From positions 1 to 34,212 of IMG/VR virus record IMGVR_UViG_3300032295_000959: 34,212 nucleotides of DNA; one strand, given 5' to 3'. This document shows, in pieces, positions 6,216 through 16,192 of this stretch (within the stretch, counting starts at the first letter, position 1; each line of letters begins with the position of its first letter). The position numbers were made by a program, and so were the translations under genes. The notes under the pieces are model-generated. The model was not told where the DNA came from and did no database searches. It saw only the letters and a list, made by a program, of their open reading frames with translations. The DNA is from a virus. Taxonomy: Duplodnaviria; Caudoviricetes.

Positions 6216-6822
6216 ACTGAGCCTCTCTATCTTCCATTCCCTTGTAACCACCGTTAATCACCCTAGTCATGCCTCTCAAGTCACTAGTATCAGCGAATCG
6301 ATTGAGCTTATTAGTTTCCCAAAACCAGCAAGCAGACTGACCAGCACCTTCGAACGTCTGTGTATATTCTGAGGCTTGCTCAGGAGTCATCTCTAAGGAA
6401 GCAGCAAACCAAAAATAGTTATCCTTGCCTGTTAGCTGGATCAATCCTCGGCCCTTATACCTAGCACCATCTCCAGAGGCTTCATCACCGTTACCCATAC
6501 GATTCGCATAGACGTAGTTAGCTATCTTGTCCGGCTGTTTAGCGTAGGACTTAGCCTGTGAGTCTGTAGAAAAATACTTAGGAAAGACTTTAAGAAGTCC
6601 TGAAGCACTATAGTTCAGGTTTTCCGTTAGCCAGACAAATCCACCTGATTCATGGTGGCATTGGGCTAGGAAAGCAGCTATTCGTTGTAGAGTCGTAATC
6701 TCGTATTCTTCTAAGAGTGACTTACCACCTAACTCTGTCTGTGAACTAAACAGAGCTTCATACCAATGGTCTGAATACTTAGAGTGAGGAATAAACGCTC
6801 TGAAGGCTTTTCTATCGACCAT
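6184..6822 (-). CDS. Endolysin, glycoside hydrolase family 19
   Basis: AAFLAQCHHESGGF..ENLNYS, YKGRGLIQLTGKDNY, SACWFW, TRVINGG..G..DR. Confidence 0.95.
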   Translation of the reverse strand: MVDRKAFRAFIPHSKYSDHWYEALFSSQTELGGKSLLEEYEITTLQRIAAFLAQCHHESGGFVWLTENLNYSASGLLKVFPKYFSTDSQAKSYAKQPDKIANYVYANRMGNGDEASGDGARYKGRGLIQLTGKDNYFWFAASLEMTPEQASEYTQTFEGAGQSACWFWETNKLNRFADTSDLRGMTRVINGGYKGMEDREAQYARALRLLGA

Positions 6823-7117
6823 ACATCCGTTCCTCTAGGATTTCTCGTCTTAACTCTTTCATCTTCTTGACTTCAGTAACCGCAGCCTGTGTCGCAAAGT
6901 ACATATCGTAGTACATAAACGCTAGGACAGGCATGATGATGAAGAACATTAACAAGACTGCCATCACCACCGTTATCAAAGACCAAGGTACATCCTCTGA
7001 CTCACGCTTTTCGTTACTAGCCACATTATTCCCACCGCCCAAGCTACTACGAAAATTACTGCCGAAACCCATGCTATTTTTGACTTGGCTTCCGCTATCC
7101 TTTTTCTTCGTTGCCAT
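6812..7117 (-). CDS. Single-TM membrane protein (start uncertain)
   Basis: Long hydrophobic segment followed by a short coiled coil; directly upstream of endolysin. Confidence 0.65.
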   Translation of the reverse strand: MATKKKDSGSQVKNSMGFGSNFRSSLGGGNNVASNEKRESEDVPWSLITVVMAVLLMFFIIMPVLAFMYYDMYFATQAAVTEVKKMKELRREILEERMYGR

Positions 7118-7668
7118 GATGCAATCTGCGCTATCCTAAGTTCCTCGGCATGAGCTTCCTCTTGCTCTGCGACAATCCTCTGCCACATTTCTTCGAACTT
7201 GCTCCACAAAGCACCTAGTTCTGGTGGCGCACGATACGTCATGGTTTCACGTATCTCTACTAGCATTGCATCGAGTCTCGACGTAATCAGTATTCTCTTT
7301 AATGCTCTCCTACCTATTGATTCCTCGCCCTTGTAAACCTGTTTAGCGTCTAGTTGTTCTTTTAGGAATAGTTTACTGATTGCATCGTAGGAATCCATCA
7401 AAGCACCTAGCTGATTCCCAATGTCTGTGAAAACATCATTAGGATCAGACTTAGCAACTTCTTGAACTCGTTGAACCTCTTGGTAGTACTGTTGCTTTTG
7501 TGCAGGAGTCGGATTACCACCTGTTGCTTTCTCGTACTGCGACTTCAGATCGTCTAGTACTTCCTTAACATCCCCTGCTGCACCTTTAATCTGCTTATAA
7601 AGCTCACAACCCTTCTTAACCGCAGCAACAGCAGCATTAGCAGCAGCAAGAATCGTTATAGGGTCAAT
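6976..7668 (-). CDS. Helical protein with C-terminal TM (230 aa), apparent ATT start
   Basis: Frame is open 267 nt upstream of the track start: IDPITILAAANAAVAAVKKGCELYKQIK...; no ATG/GTG/TTG in this extension. Confidence 0.7.
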   Translation of the reverse strand: MDPITILAAANAAVAAVKKGCELYKQIKGAAGDVKEVLDDLKSQYEKATGGNPTPAQKQQYYQEVQRVQEVAKSDPNDVFTDIGNQLGALMDSYDAISKLFLKEQLDAKQVYKGEESIGRRALKRILITSRLDAMLVEIRETMTYRAPPELGALWSKFEEMWQRIVAEQEEAHAEELRIAQIASWQRRKRIAEAKSKIAWVSAVIFVVAWAVGIMWLVTKSVSQRMYLGL

Positions 7669-7671
7669 TTC

Positions 7672-7878
7672 TTACAACCCAAATACCTTAGTCGCAAAGA
7701 TAGTAAATGCAGAGCCTACCAATCCAGAGGCAGACATCAGCATATACATAGCACCTTTGCTTTTGTTGATAACGGCATTAACCTGCGACATTTCTTGACG
7801 TAGCAGGTGGATTTCATTAATTAAGGTACGAACATCAGCTTGTAATGCACCAAATTCTTTAGGATCAATTTCAGACAT
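7672..7878 (-). CDS. Small coiled-coil plus C-terminal TM protein (XhlA/holin-like)
   Basis: IDPKEFGALQADV heptads then a hydrophobic helix; first gene of the lysis region. Confidence 0.7.
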   Translation of the reverse strand: MSEIDPKEFGALQADVRTLINEIHLLRQEMSQVNAVINKSKGAMYMLMSASGLVGSAFTIFATKVFGL

Positions 7879-8418
7879 TTAAGCACCCAATAATCCAGCT
7901 AATCCTTCGCGTTCTAGGAAGCTACGGACTGCGGTTTGATAATCTTGATTTCTTGACAACATTGATTGTTGTTGATTATATCTTGCTATCTGCGAACCTC
8001 TCAACTTTGCAGGATCAGCAAATACCTTTGCCCCCGGAGGCAAGAATTGAGACTGGATTCCAGACAAATCCGTATAGAAACCTGAACGCAAACTCACATT
8101 CTCTGGAGCATTAAACTGAAATGCTGCTGGCAAAGCATTCATTCCGGTTCTATTTTTAATATTTTCATTAAATACAGCAGAACCACCGATAAATGGGTTA
8201 GGTTTTGGAGGCTCTACTACAGGAGCAGGAGCATTTTCAACGTATCCCGGAGACTGTGGTTGGCTTGGCTGTGGTGTCGTAGTTGTAGCAGTCTGACCCG
8301 GAACATAACCCGGAGTTTGAGCTTGAGACATAGCACCAAAGCTACTCGTAGCAGACCGCTGAAATGGGTTAAAGGGCTGGTAAGACTGATTTGCCCTCAT
8401 TTGCTCTTGACCACTCAT
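7879..8418 (-). CDS. Hypothetical low-complexity (Q/P/T-rich) protein, possibly internal virion protein
   Basis: Disordered N-terminal half; ends GLAGLLGA. Confidence 0.75.
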   Translation of the reverse strand: MSGQEQMRANQSYQPFNPFQRSATSSFGAMSQAQTPGYVPGQTATTTTPQPSQPQSPGYVENAPAPVVEPPKPNPFIGGSAVFNENIKNRTGMNALPAAFQFNAPENVSLRSGFYTDLSGIQSQFLPPGAKVFADPAKLRGSQIARYNQQQSMLSRNQDYQTAVRSFLEREGLAGLLGA

Positions 8419-8428
8419 TTCTTACCCC

Positions 8429-10042
8429 TTAATTGATAGCTAATGGTACTACTGCTCTCTTAGTAGAATCCATCAAAAACAACTTTTTGCCTGTAGAGTC
8501 AAAGAATAAACCAGTTGGAGCAATCCAGAAATATTCACCACCGTCAAAATTTCTCGTAAATGAGAGAGTTGAAATATCCCATGTTGATGACATTGAATAC
8601 TGGAATATCTGCTGACTTCCGACTACATACATAAAGTTGCCAGTAGGACTAAAGAATAACCCTCTTGGGTTTACTGTCTTAGCACCAACAGAAAAGCTAA
8701 CCCCACCATAGGTAGCAGTAGATATATCCCAAGGGGTACTAAGAATAAACTGAAGAACAGCAGACGTAGAATCTGCATCTTCTAAAACATACATCCTAGT
8801 TCCATCCGGCCTAAAGAATAAAGCCTGTGGGAACGTAGCAACAGAAGAAACACTCCTGTTCCTTGTAAAAGTAGCTGTAGTTACATCCCAAGCAGTAGAT
8901 AATGTGTACTCAACAACCCTATCATTAGCAGAGCCAATGATAAACATGGATAGACCATCATATTTAAAGTACAGATCGTTTACTACTGTGTCTTGACCAG
9001 ATACGGAAAATTCACCATAGAAAACAGCAGTAGACAAATCCCATTTTGTACTTAAATCATACTGATATACCTTATCTCCAGTTGAACCAGAGAAATACAT
9101 TTTCATACCATCCGGCTTAAAGAATACGCCAGTTGGAGTCAAATCTTTATCAGCAACTCTAAACGATCCAAATGTAAACTTGCTTATCTCTGTAGTTCCT
9201 AATGGCCCATTCTCATTTGAATAAAATAAGTAATTTCCAGTATCTGAAATAAAAATTGAGTTTATATCGTTACCCGGAGAAGCAACGGCAAGCTCTCTAT
9301 CTTTGGTAAAAGATGCTGTAGAAATATCCCAAGGTGTGCTTAATGTGTACTGGTTGACATAATATTGACCACCAACATACATTGTTGTTCCGTTATTCCT
9401 AAAGAACAATGCACTAGGCGTAGTTGTCTGTGATGAAACAGAAAAACTCCTAGTAAATGTCGCTGTGCTTACATCCCATGCTGTAGACAATGTATATTGG
9501 TGAACAGAATCAGATGAATTACCAACTATGTACATCTCTGTGCCATTAGTCTTAAAGAAAACAGACTTAATATCTGTTTCTTTAGCAGAAACTAATACGC
9601 TTTTGCTATCGTAGGTGGCAGTAGACAAATCGTAACTTGACGATAATGAATACTGATAAACACGATCATTAGTGTTACTAGTTACATACAACTTTGTGCC
9701 ATCTGGCTTAAAGAATATGCCTCTAGGATTAGAGCCTGTTTGAGAGCTTATAGACAGACTAGCCGTTACACTCCTACCAGATTCAATAACCCATTCTTTA
9801 GCTAACGAAATCTCATAGATTTTTGTATCAGAAACATTGCAAATAAATAACTTATCGCCAATGTCAGAAAATGCAATGTATGAAATTCCTGAGTATGAAG
9901 TAAAGTCCTGACTTCCATTTTCAGTAGTCGTACCAATATCCCACAATGAATTAGCAGGTGGGTTGTACTCTACGTTTGACACATTGCCATCGAACGCAAA
10001 TGCGCCAGCAGCAGCAGCCATAATGAAGTCATGAATAGCCAT
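8429..10042 (-). CDS. Beta-propeller repeat receptor-binding/adhesin protein
   Basis: About 10 repeats of ~47 aa (G.FF..DG..MY...V.QY.LST.WD.STA); follows the tail fibre. Confidence 0.8.
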   Translation of the reverse strand: MAIHDFIMAAAAGAFAFDGNVSNVEYNPPANSLWDIGTTTENGSQDFTSYSGISYIAFSDIGDKLFICNVSDTKIYEISLAKEWVIESGRSVTASLSISSQTGSNPRGIFFKPDGTKLYVTSNTNDRVYQYSLSSSYDLSTATYDSKSVLVSAKETDIKSVFFKTNGTEMYIVGNSSDSVHQYTLSTAWDVSTATFTRSFSVSSQTTTPSALFFRNNGTTMYVGGQYYVNQYTLSTPWDISTASFTKDRELAVASPGNDINSIFISDTGNYLFYSNENGPLGTTEISKFTFGSFRVADKDLTPTGVFFKPDGMKMYFSGSTGDKVYQYDLSTKWDLSTAVFYGEFSVSGQDTVVNDLYFKYDGLSMFIIGSANDRVVEYTLSTAWDVTTATFTRNRSVSSVATFPQALFFRPDGTRMYVLEDADSTSAVLQFILSTPWDISTATYGGVSFSVGAKTVNPRGLFFSPTGNFMYVVGSQQIFQYSMSSTWDISTLSFTRNFDGGEYFWIAPTGLFFDSTGKKLFLMDSTKRAVVPLAIN

Positions 10043-10947
10043 TACTTAATATCCAGTCCGATAGCAAAGCCGTTCCAAGTAGTACCACCATCGTAAGTAA
10101 AGAACGCCAATGTATCTCTACCAGCAGCAGTAAATGATGGCTGGACACCACTAGGCCATTTAATCGTTGCCCACCATGTAATAGTAGCTGAACCGCCATT
10201 AGTCAAATCTAAGATAAAACTAGCCACGTTTCCGCTAACTGGAACATTAGTAATTGTGAACGTCGTAGCACCACTAATAGTCTTGGAAAAGAAATTACCC
10301 TTAGATAAGTCAATTTCAGATGCTGAAATATCTGCTTTCTTCTCGATAATCGCGCCACTATTCATGACCATGTTGCCCTTAGAATCAACAGTAACTCTAA
10401 GAGTAGGAGTCGTAGCAGCCGATCCAGTAGTATAGATTTCAACACGCCCCGGCATTGCAACAGTACTAGGCGTACCATCTACTTTAGTGGCAACTTTTGC
10501 AGCTTCATTAAATACGTTTCCGTCAGCACCAGCAAATCTTAGTTGGCCTAAAACATCACCAGATTGAACAATCGTATTTGTGCCGATAGAAGCCCCTCTG
10601 GATTTCATCATGCGAATATCAGCACCGTTTGCACTAGCTTCCCATACGATTTCAGTAGCACTAGCACCTGCAACATTTGCAGACTGAAGAATCACATTAG
10701 TAGTGCTATCGCCATTTAGCGCATAGGCAGTCGTTGCACCTAGATAAATCTTGCTAGGAAAGAATGTTCCTGTAAGAGTAAAACTATCCCCTGACGAACC
10801 ATCCTGAAGATTCTTCAACTGCGCCATCAAGGTACGAATAGCATCATTAATCCCACTAGGCGCACAGCCTTCATCAATGTTAATGCTATTGATGTCTGTG
10901 TTTAGTGCTTGATTCGAGTTGTATTCGCTAATCTTTGTCTTTGGCAT
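10042..10947 (-). CDS. Tail fibre protein
   Basis: N-term NTDINSINIDEGCAPSGINDAIR anchor; C-term NFFSKTISG...IKWPSG..P..T..GRD...DGGTTW adaptor domain. Confidence 0.82.
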   Translation of the reverse strand: MPKTKISEYNSNQALNTDINSINIDEGCAPSGINDAIRTLMAQLKNLQDGSSGDSFTLTGTFFPSKIYLGATTAYALNGDSTTNVILQSANVAGASATEIVWEASANGADIRMMKSRGASIGTNTIVQSGDVLGQLRFAGADGNVFNEAAKVATKVDGTPSTVAMPGRVEIYTTGSAATTPTLRVTVDSKGNMVMNSGAIIEKKADISASEIDLSKGNFFSKTISGATTFTITNVPVSGNVASFILDLTNGGSATITWWATIKWPSGVQPSFTAAGRDTLAFFTYDGGTTWNGFAIGLDIK

Positions 10948-10956
10948 GATTCACCT

Positions 10957-12807
10957 TTATAGCAGTCCTGTTAATGTTCCAATAGCAGCAGCACCGGGAA
11001 CAGCACCAACAGGACGCTTCTGAGTCCTAAGACGGAGTTCCTGCAAAATTGCTCGTTGTTCAATAGGGTCAGATGCAAATAAGCGTTTCTGGAGTTCAGC
11101 AGAAGTCTCTCCGCTAATACCCTTAGTTCTAGCTGCACCCTGACGCAATAGCTCCATTGCAGTACCAGCCAAACCACCTGTAGCGTAACTCTGAGCCAAT
11201 CCAGCAGCCTTACCAGTACCCTCGCTAGTAGCCAAACGCTCACCAGTCTGAGAACCGCCGATAATGCCCTTAGAAGTCTTAGATTGACGCTCTAAGGCAT
11301 CTACATATTGAACGAACTGGTTATATTGATCTTTGTCAGTAAAGGCATAACGCATCAAGGATTTCTGCTTGTCACTCTTGAAGATTTGGCGAGTAAAGTC
11401 ACCGCCTTTGAAGTTCTCCAAACGGCTATTTACGTCAGCCATCATGCCAAGCCGGAAAGCCTCTTTTTCAGCGTCATTCATGCCTTTTAGCTTGTCTAAC
11501 GCCTCTTTGTAATCAAGTTTCTGGTAATCCTGACCAGTTTCAAATGATTTTCTAAGTTTTTCGTTATCAGCAAATTCCTTGTTTGCTTTGGCATAAATAG
11601 GATTTTTAGCCTCTAGCAAATCATTAAACTGCTTTCTTACGATAATGACATCACGACCAAAACCAGTCACTTTATTCGTAAGCGTATCTGTTTCTCTTTC
11701 TACAATACGGTCAAGACCAATCTTGATTTTATGCATTACATCAGTAGGTACTTTTCTATCGCTCAGGAAAATATCTAGGCTAGGCAAATCCTCACCATAA
11801 ACTGCTGCTCGTTTTTGAGCTTCACGATATGCCTCATTAAATATCGGACGATCCATAAACTGTCTGAAATCTTTGGCATAGACGTTTTTGCTATAAGCGT
11901 CTGGATATTTGGCATTAGCAGCAGCTTTCTGGTTTTGCGCCAGAAAATCAAGATACTCGTAACCATTGACGTTCTTACCCAATCCAGCGCGAGTTACCAA
12001 ACCCTTAACAATATCGTTCGGCTGGTCAATCATTCTAGATTCTAGGAAACGTAAAGTCGCATCCTTACGGCTAGAAGGCACAACATAAGCCGAGTATGCT
12101 AAGTCTTGTAAGCTCTTGCTAACATCAGCCAATACAGGACGAGGAACATTCAGACGTTCTAGCTCTGATAGAACATTCTGAGCCTCATCAATGGTTAGAT
12201 TGTCTTTCTTTAGGGCATCAGCAATGAGTTTCGAGGCTGCTGTAGGCTGATCTCCTATCCCTGATGCAACTAGGACATTCTTAATCATGCTGCCAGCACC
12301 ACGCAATGCCAGAGGAACTGAAGCTCCTAAAGTACCGCCAATAGCACCAGAAGTCGTAGCACCACCAGTAACGTCAGTTTCAGCAGTACCAGCACCAGTT
12401 AACGCACCTGTAGCCAGTCCAGTAGCACCACCTCGAACTACTTGCTGTGGCAATGTCGTACCAGTAATAGCCTCCTGAACCGCTGGAGCAGCTTTACCTA
12501 GAAACTTAAACGCAGCAAAAGGAGCAGCTAAAGCACCAGTAACCTCAGCACCACCACCTAGAATCGGGTAATCCTGACGGAATTGAGTCTGCTGCTGACG
12601 TAACCTGTCACGCAATGCTTGGTATTGCTCACCGCTAATCTGACCAGTTCTAAGAGCAGCCTCTAGCTCGTCAGCAAAGCCAAACGTAGCACCCTGAGCA
12701 ACCGACCTAACAGCTTCAGCAGAGCCGGTATAAGGAGTTTTCGGCATCATTACTGAAGGCTGTGTAGGAAGCTCTGCTATAGCATCCTTTTCCCATTCAT
12801 TAGCCAT
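10957..12807 (-). CDS. Large internal virion/DNA ejection protein
   Basis: QGATFGFADEL motif, Gly/Ala-rich membrane-like segments, helical; podovirus ejection gene position. Confidence 0.75.
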   Translation of the reverse strand: MANEWEKDAIAELPTQPSVMMPKTPYTGSAEAVRSVAQGATFGFADELEAALRTGQISGEQYQALRDRLRQQQTQFRQDYPILGGGAEVTGALAAPFAAFKFLGKAAPAVQEAITGTTLPQQVVRGGATGLATGALTGAGTAETDVTGGATTSGAIGGTLGASVPLALRGAGSMIKNVLVASGIGDQPTAASKLIADALKKDNLTIDEAQNVLSELERLNVPRPVLADVSKSLQDLAYSAYVVPSSRKDATLRFLESRMIDQPNDIVKGLVTRAGLGKNVNGYEYLDFLAQNQKAAANAKYPDAYSKNVYAKDFRQFMDRPIFNEAYREAQKRAAVYGEDLPSLDIFLSDRKVPTDVMHKIKIGLDRIVERETDTLTNKVTGFGRDVIIVRKQFNDLLEAKNPIYAKANKEFADNEKLRKSFETGQDYQKLDYKEALDKLKGMNDAEKEAFRLGMMADVNSRLENFKGGDFTRQIFKSDKQKSLMRYAFTDKDQYNQFVQYVDALERQSKTSKGIIGGSQTGERLATSEGTGKAAGLAQSYATGGLAGTAMELLRQGAARTKGISGETSAELQKRLFASDPIEQRAILQELRLRTQKRPVGAVPGAAAIGTLTGLL

Positions 12808-14237
12808 TACCGTTTTCCTTTTACTCGACGAGTGCCATTGGAATCGATGTAAGTTGCGCCATCAGGAACCGCCCTATAGTCAGCGTCAGTAAATACATAA
12901 GGCTCAAACTTAGGAATCTCTAACTTAACTTCAGCCTCACCAACTTTAGCATTAGTTCTGCGTCTATTGATGGCATTTTGATAATCATTTGCTCGTCTTG
13001 CATTGATGTCGCGCAAACGGATAATTGCTCTGGCTGCATCTTCCTTAGATTCTGCACTCTGCAACTCTTTAGCGGCTCGAACTGCATCACCTTCTGTCTG
13101 AGTACCCTTATTTTGACGCAAAGACTCGTTAACGTATTCAGTTTTCCAACGCTCAAAGTCATTACGAGCAACAACATCAGGCGCAGTAGAGCCAACCACA
13201 TTAGCAGCGGCAATTCTTACCTTTTCCTTAACTCCAAACGGAATTGTTCCACTAACGATGCTTGTTACATAACGGTTTGCATCTTTGGAAAGGTTAACTG
13301 CTGACTGACCTAAGTCGAAATCTTCTTCTTCAGCTTTTTGTAGTTGAGGAGGAAGCGGCTTAACGTCAACTTTAGGCGCAAAATCACCAATAGGCTTACC
13401 AGTTTGAGCATCAACTACAGGCAATCCTGGACGAGTAGGCAAGAACACTAACCGACCTTGAGCATCTACAGTCGGCTTGTTCTCATACATCGTCTTGCCT
13501 TCACCTGCTGGCTTACGAGCAAGAATTTTCCAAGACTGTGTATTCGGGTCATATTGACGAGTAGTGCCATCAGCAAACTCTTTAATATCTGGAGCTTTTT
13601 GCTCTTTTGGAGCAGCAAATACAACATTGCCAGTCGTAGGATCAACAAGATTACCGCCAACGACTACGGGCTTGGGTGGTTCTGCTTGACCAGTATAGAT
13701 AGGCTGACCAGTTTCAAGATCAACAAGAACATTACCAACAACAGCAGTATTTTTCTTTTTAGAACCGGGAGCAGAGAATAAAACCTGACCGCTAGGACTA
13801 ATAACACTTTGACCTTCACTAACGGTAATAGGCTTAACTTTAGCCTGTTCACGCTCTGCAACGATACGAAAAGCACCAGCAGGATTAGTATCAAACTCGT
13901 CAGCCAGATCAGGATATTTTTGCTTCATAGCCTGAACACCAGCCATTTGACGCTGCATTAACGCCATTTGCTGCTGTTGCGATATGTTCTGTATGTTTTG
14001 CTGGAATGTCTGGTTTGCACCGCCATAACCAGAAACAAGTGCATTAGCAATGTTTTGGAAAGCCGAACGCCGAGAACCACCAGCACCCATGCCCTGAGCC
14101 AATGCAGCGCCAAAGCCTAGCAATCCAGCTAGGTTAGACCGTTTCTGAAGTGCCGCAGATTGTTCCGGCCCTAATAAACCTTCGTAGCCTGTAGTGCTAG
14201 GTGCAAAGATATTAGGAATGTAATCTTCTATTGCCAT
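12807..14237 (-). CDS. Internal virion/DNA ejection protein
   Basis: Gly/Ala/Gln-rich N-terminus; repeated VVG..LVD..TG..I/V beta-hairpins. Confidence 0.72.
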   Translation of the reverse strand: MAIEDYIPNIFAPSTTGYEGLLGPEQSAALQKRSNLAGLLGFGAALAQGMGAGGSRRSAFQNIANALVSGYGGANQTFQQNIQNISQQQQMALMQRQMAGVQAMKQKYPDLADEFDTNPAGAFRIVAEREQAKVKPITVSEGQSVISPSGQVLFSAPGSKKKNTAVVGNVLVDLETGQPIYTGQAEPPKPVVVGGNLVDPTTGNVVFAAPKEQKAPDIKEFADGTTRQYDPNTQSWKILARKPAGEGKTMYENKPTVDAQGRLVFLPTRPGLPVVDAQTGKPIGDFAPKVDVKPLPPQLQKAEEEDFDLGQSAVNLSKDANRYVTSIVSGTIPFGVKEKVRIAAANVVGSTAPDVVARNDFERWKTEYVNESLRQNKGTQTEGDAVRAAKELQSAESKEDAARAIIRLRDINARRANDYQNAINRRRTNAKVGEAEVKLEIPKFEPYVFTDADYRAVPDGATYIDSNGTRRVKGKR

Positions 14238-14245
14238 AATTCCAC

Positions 14246-14695
14246 CTAAATAAGGCTAATCTGCGGTACAGCAAAATTTGATCTTCTCTGCTGCTCCATA
14301 GGAATCTGCTTACCTCTCATCAAGCCCATACCCTCAATAGGCTGACGATTCATCTCTTGTTGAGCCAAATTAGAACCAACGTTCATCGTAAATGGGTTTT
14401 CTTTAGCAAAAGTATTTAACGCTGAAGGCACTTCTTTCAAAGTTGCTAATAGACCCGGATTCGCCATCGCAGAACCCGCAGCCGTATTCATAGCACCCAT
14501 CGATAGCGCAGGATTAGCCGCTATACCAGCAGTCTGAGCAGCACCAGCAGCAGAACCAGCAGCACCACTAGCCGCACCAAATACACCGCCACCAATACCA
14601 CCTAGCAACGCACCTTTAAGTGGATTCCCGCCTCTAGCAGCAGATACACCGCCACCTAACATTGCTCCGATCAGCATAGGTTCCATACCACTCAT
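14246..14695 (-). CDS. Small ejection/pilot protein
   Basis: Gly-zipper N-terminus IGAMLGGGVSAARGGNPLKGALLGGIGGG. Confidence 0.7.
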   Translation of the reverse strand: MSGMEPMLIGAMLGGGVSAARGGNPLKGALLGGIGGGVFGAASGAAGSAAGAAQTAGIAANPALSMGAMNTAAGSAMANPGLLATLKEVPSALNTFAKENPFTMNVGSNLAQQEMNRQPIEGMGLMRGKQIPMEQQRRSNFAVPQISLI

Positions 14696-15789
14696 TATTT
14701 ACCCCCGCCAGATTGAGTAGTCGTTTCCAGAGGTGCGCCGTAAAAGATATTTGCAGCACGTTGTAGACGATCAAGCGGCAAATCTTGTGCAGCTAAACGA
14801 CCCTGAATAGCTTGTAGATCGTAAGCCTCACGACCTTGACCAACCTGTAACAATCGCTGAATATCAGCGTAGTCCTGAGCAGCCAACTGTGGAGCATATT
14901 GAGCAGCAGCCATTTGATTCGTTATGTCTGCTTGTCTAATGCCCTCAGCTAGTTTCAATCCAGCCATTTGAGTAGAAATATCCTCGCCACGAATACCCTG
15001 AGCAGCCTGAAGCGCCGCCATTCTGTTAGCAAAACCCTGCTGTCCAGATTGAGTTAGCTGCTGTGCGCCAGCCATACGATTCATGATGTCCTGCTGAGAT
15101 AGGCCACCTAGTCGAGCGATAGCTTGTTCTTGCAAGCCACGTTCGGTCATGTAGTTCTGGAGATAGGCTTGCTGATTAGCTTCTTGGATAGCCCTAGCAG
15201 CAGCATCAGTAGCCTTACCAACAGCTTGAGACTCAGCACCAGACCCATAACGACCAGCAGCAGCAGCTTGGCTCTGAATCCCTCTCAAGCCCTCTTGTAA
15301 CGCCTCAGTTGAAAGACGATTAGCCTGAGATAAAGCACCTTCAATGTACGGATTAGCGCCTAGATAAGCACCGCTTGCGGTTCCTCTAACGCCACCTAAC
15401 GCCTCATTCTGGAACTGACCACCACGCAAAGCAGCATAAAATGGAGAAGATGGGTCGGTATAAGCCTGTTGAGCCATTGAAGCAACCTGTGCCTCATACG
15501 GACTTTCTGCGCCGATATATCGAGCAGCCATTGACTGATATGGGCTTGATGATCCCATAATGTTCCCAATAACAGACTGGGCTTGCCTTGTCAGCGGAGA
15601 GCCAGTTAAAGCTCTTTGTTCCGCTAAAGCCATTGCTCTCTGAGTAGCAGAAGATGGCCCGACCGCTAAAGTATCAGGAGCCTCTGGCATACCCTGATAG
15701 CGTTTCTTGGCTTCCTCTAGGGCAAAAGTAATAAAGGGCTTAAATTCCTCGCCTATCTTTGTTTCGCTTGATTGTCCACCGCCACCCAT
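14695..15789 (-). CDS. Virion structural/ejection protein (Ala/Gln-rich helical)
   Basis: MGGGG start, NPY motif, AGRYGSG, GGGK end. Confidence 0.7.
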   Translation of the reverse strand: MGGGGQSSETKIGEEFKPFITFALEEAKKRYQGMPEAPDTLAVGPSSATQRAMALAEQRALTGSPLTRQAQSVIGNIMGSSSPYQSMAARYIGAESPYEAQVASMAQQAYTDPSSPFYAALRGGQFQNEALGGVRGTASGAYLGANPYIEGALSQANRLSTEALQEGLRGIQSQAAAAGRYGSGAESQAVGKATDAAARAIQEANQQAYLQNYMTERGLQEQAIARLGGLSQQDIMNRMAGAQQLTQSGQQGFANRMAALQAAQGIRGEDISTQMAGLKLAEGIRQADITNQMAAAQYAPQLAAQDYADIQRLLQVGQGREAYDLQAIQGRLAAQDLPLDRLQRAANIFYGAPLETTTQSGGGK

Positions 15790-15790
15790 A

Positions 15791-16192
15791 TCACACCTCG
15801 CAAATCCATTTTCTAGGACGGAATCCGTAATGACTCGCCCTACGTTGCCAACCCTGACGATGACTGGAAAAGGTTAAGTATTTGACATCAGAATTCTGTG
15901 CCATATTCTTAATGAATTGTAAACCTTTTTCAACCCTTTGATAATCGTTTTCTAATGCCCACGCAGCCCAAATATGCAATTCATGGCCTAGTGGCTGTAA
16001 TACAAAAAAACCTACAAAATGCTTATTTTCTAACGCTACCCATAACATCGATTTCTGATTAAACAGATCAACGTACACATCCTCAACTATCCAAGGCTCA
16101 GGACTTTTTGCCTTAATTTCTTCTAACCCCGGTTTGATCGTAGGCCACCAATTTCTAAGCTCCTGTTGCGGTATAAAGTTGAATTCAGTCAT
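15791..16192 (-). CDS. Tail/head assembly protein, GNAT-like fold
   Basis: LWV...GFFVL...LHIWAAW...LTFSSHRQGWQR; position equivalent to the acyltransferase-fold gene in podovirus tail operons. Confidence 0.6.
   Translation of the reverse strand: MTEFNFIPQQELRNWWPTIKPGLEEIKAKSPEPWIVEDVYVDLFNQKSMLWVALENKHFVGFFVLQPLGHELHIWAAWALENDYQRVEKGLQFIKNMAQNSDVKYLTFSSHRQGWQRRASHYGFRPRKWICEV

Noticed and set aside
7669-7674. Alternative genetic code (stop reassignment)
   Set aside because: TAA, TAG and TGA all terminate well-defined genes elsewhere and coding density is high under code 11
8429-10042. Repeats as a CRISPR array or DGR template/variable repeats
   Set aside because: They are degenerate protein-level repeats; no identical DNA repeats with spacers, and no reverse transcriptase in the window
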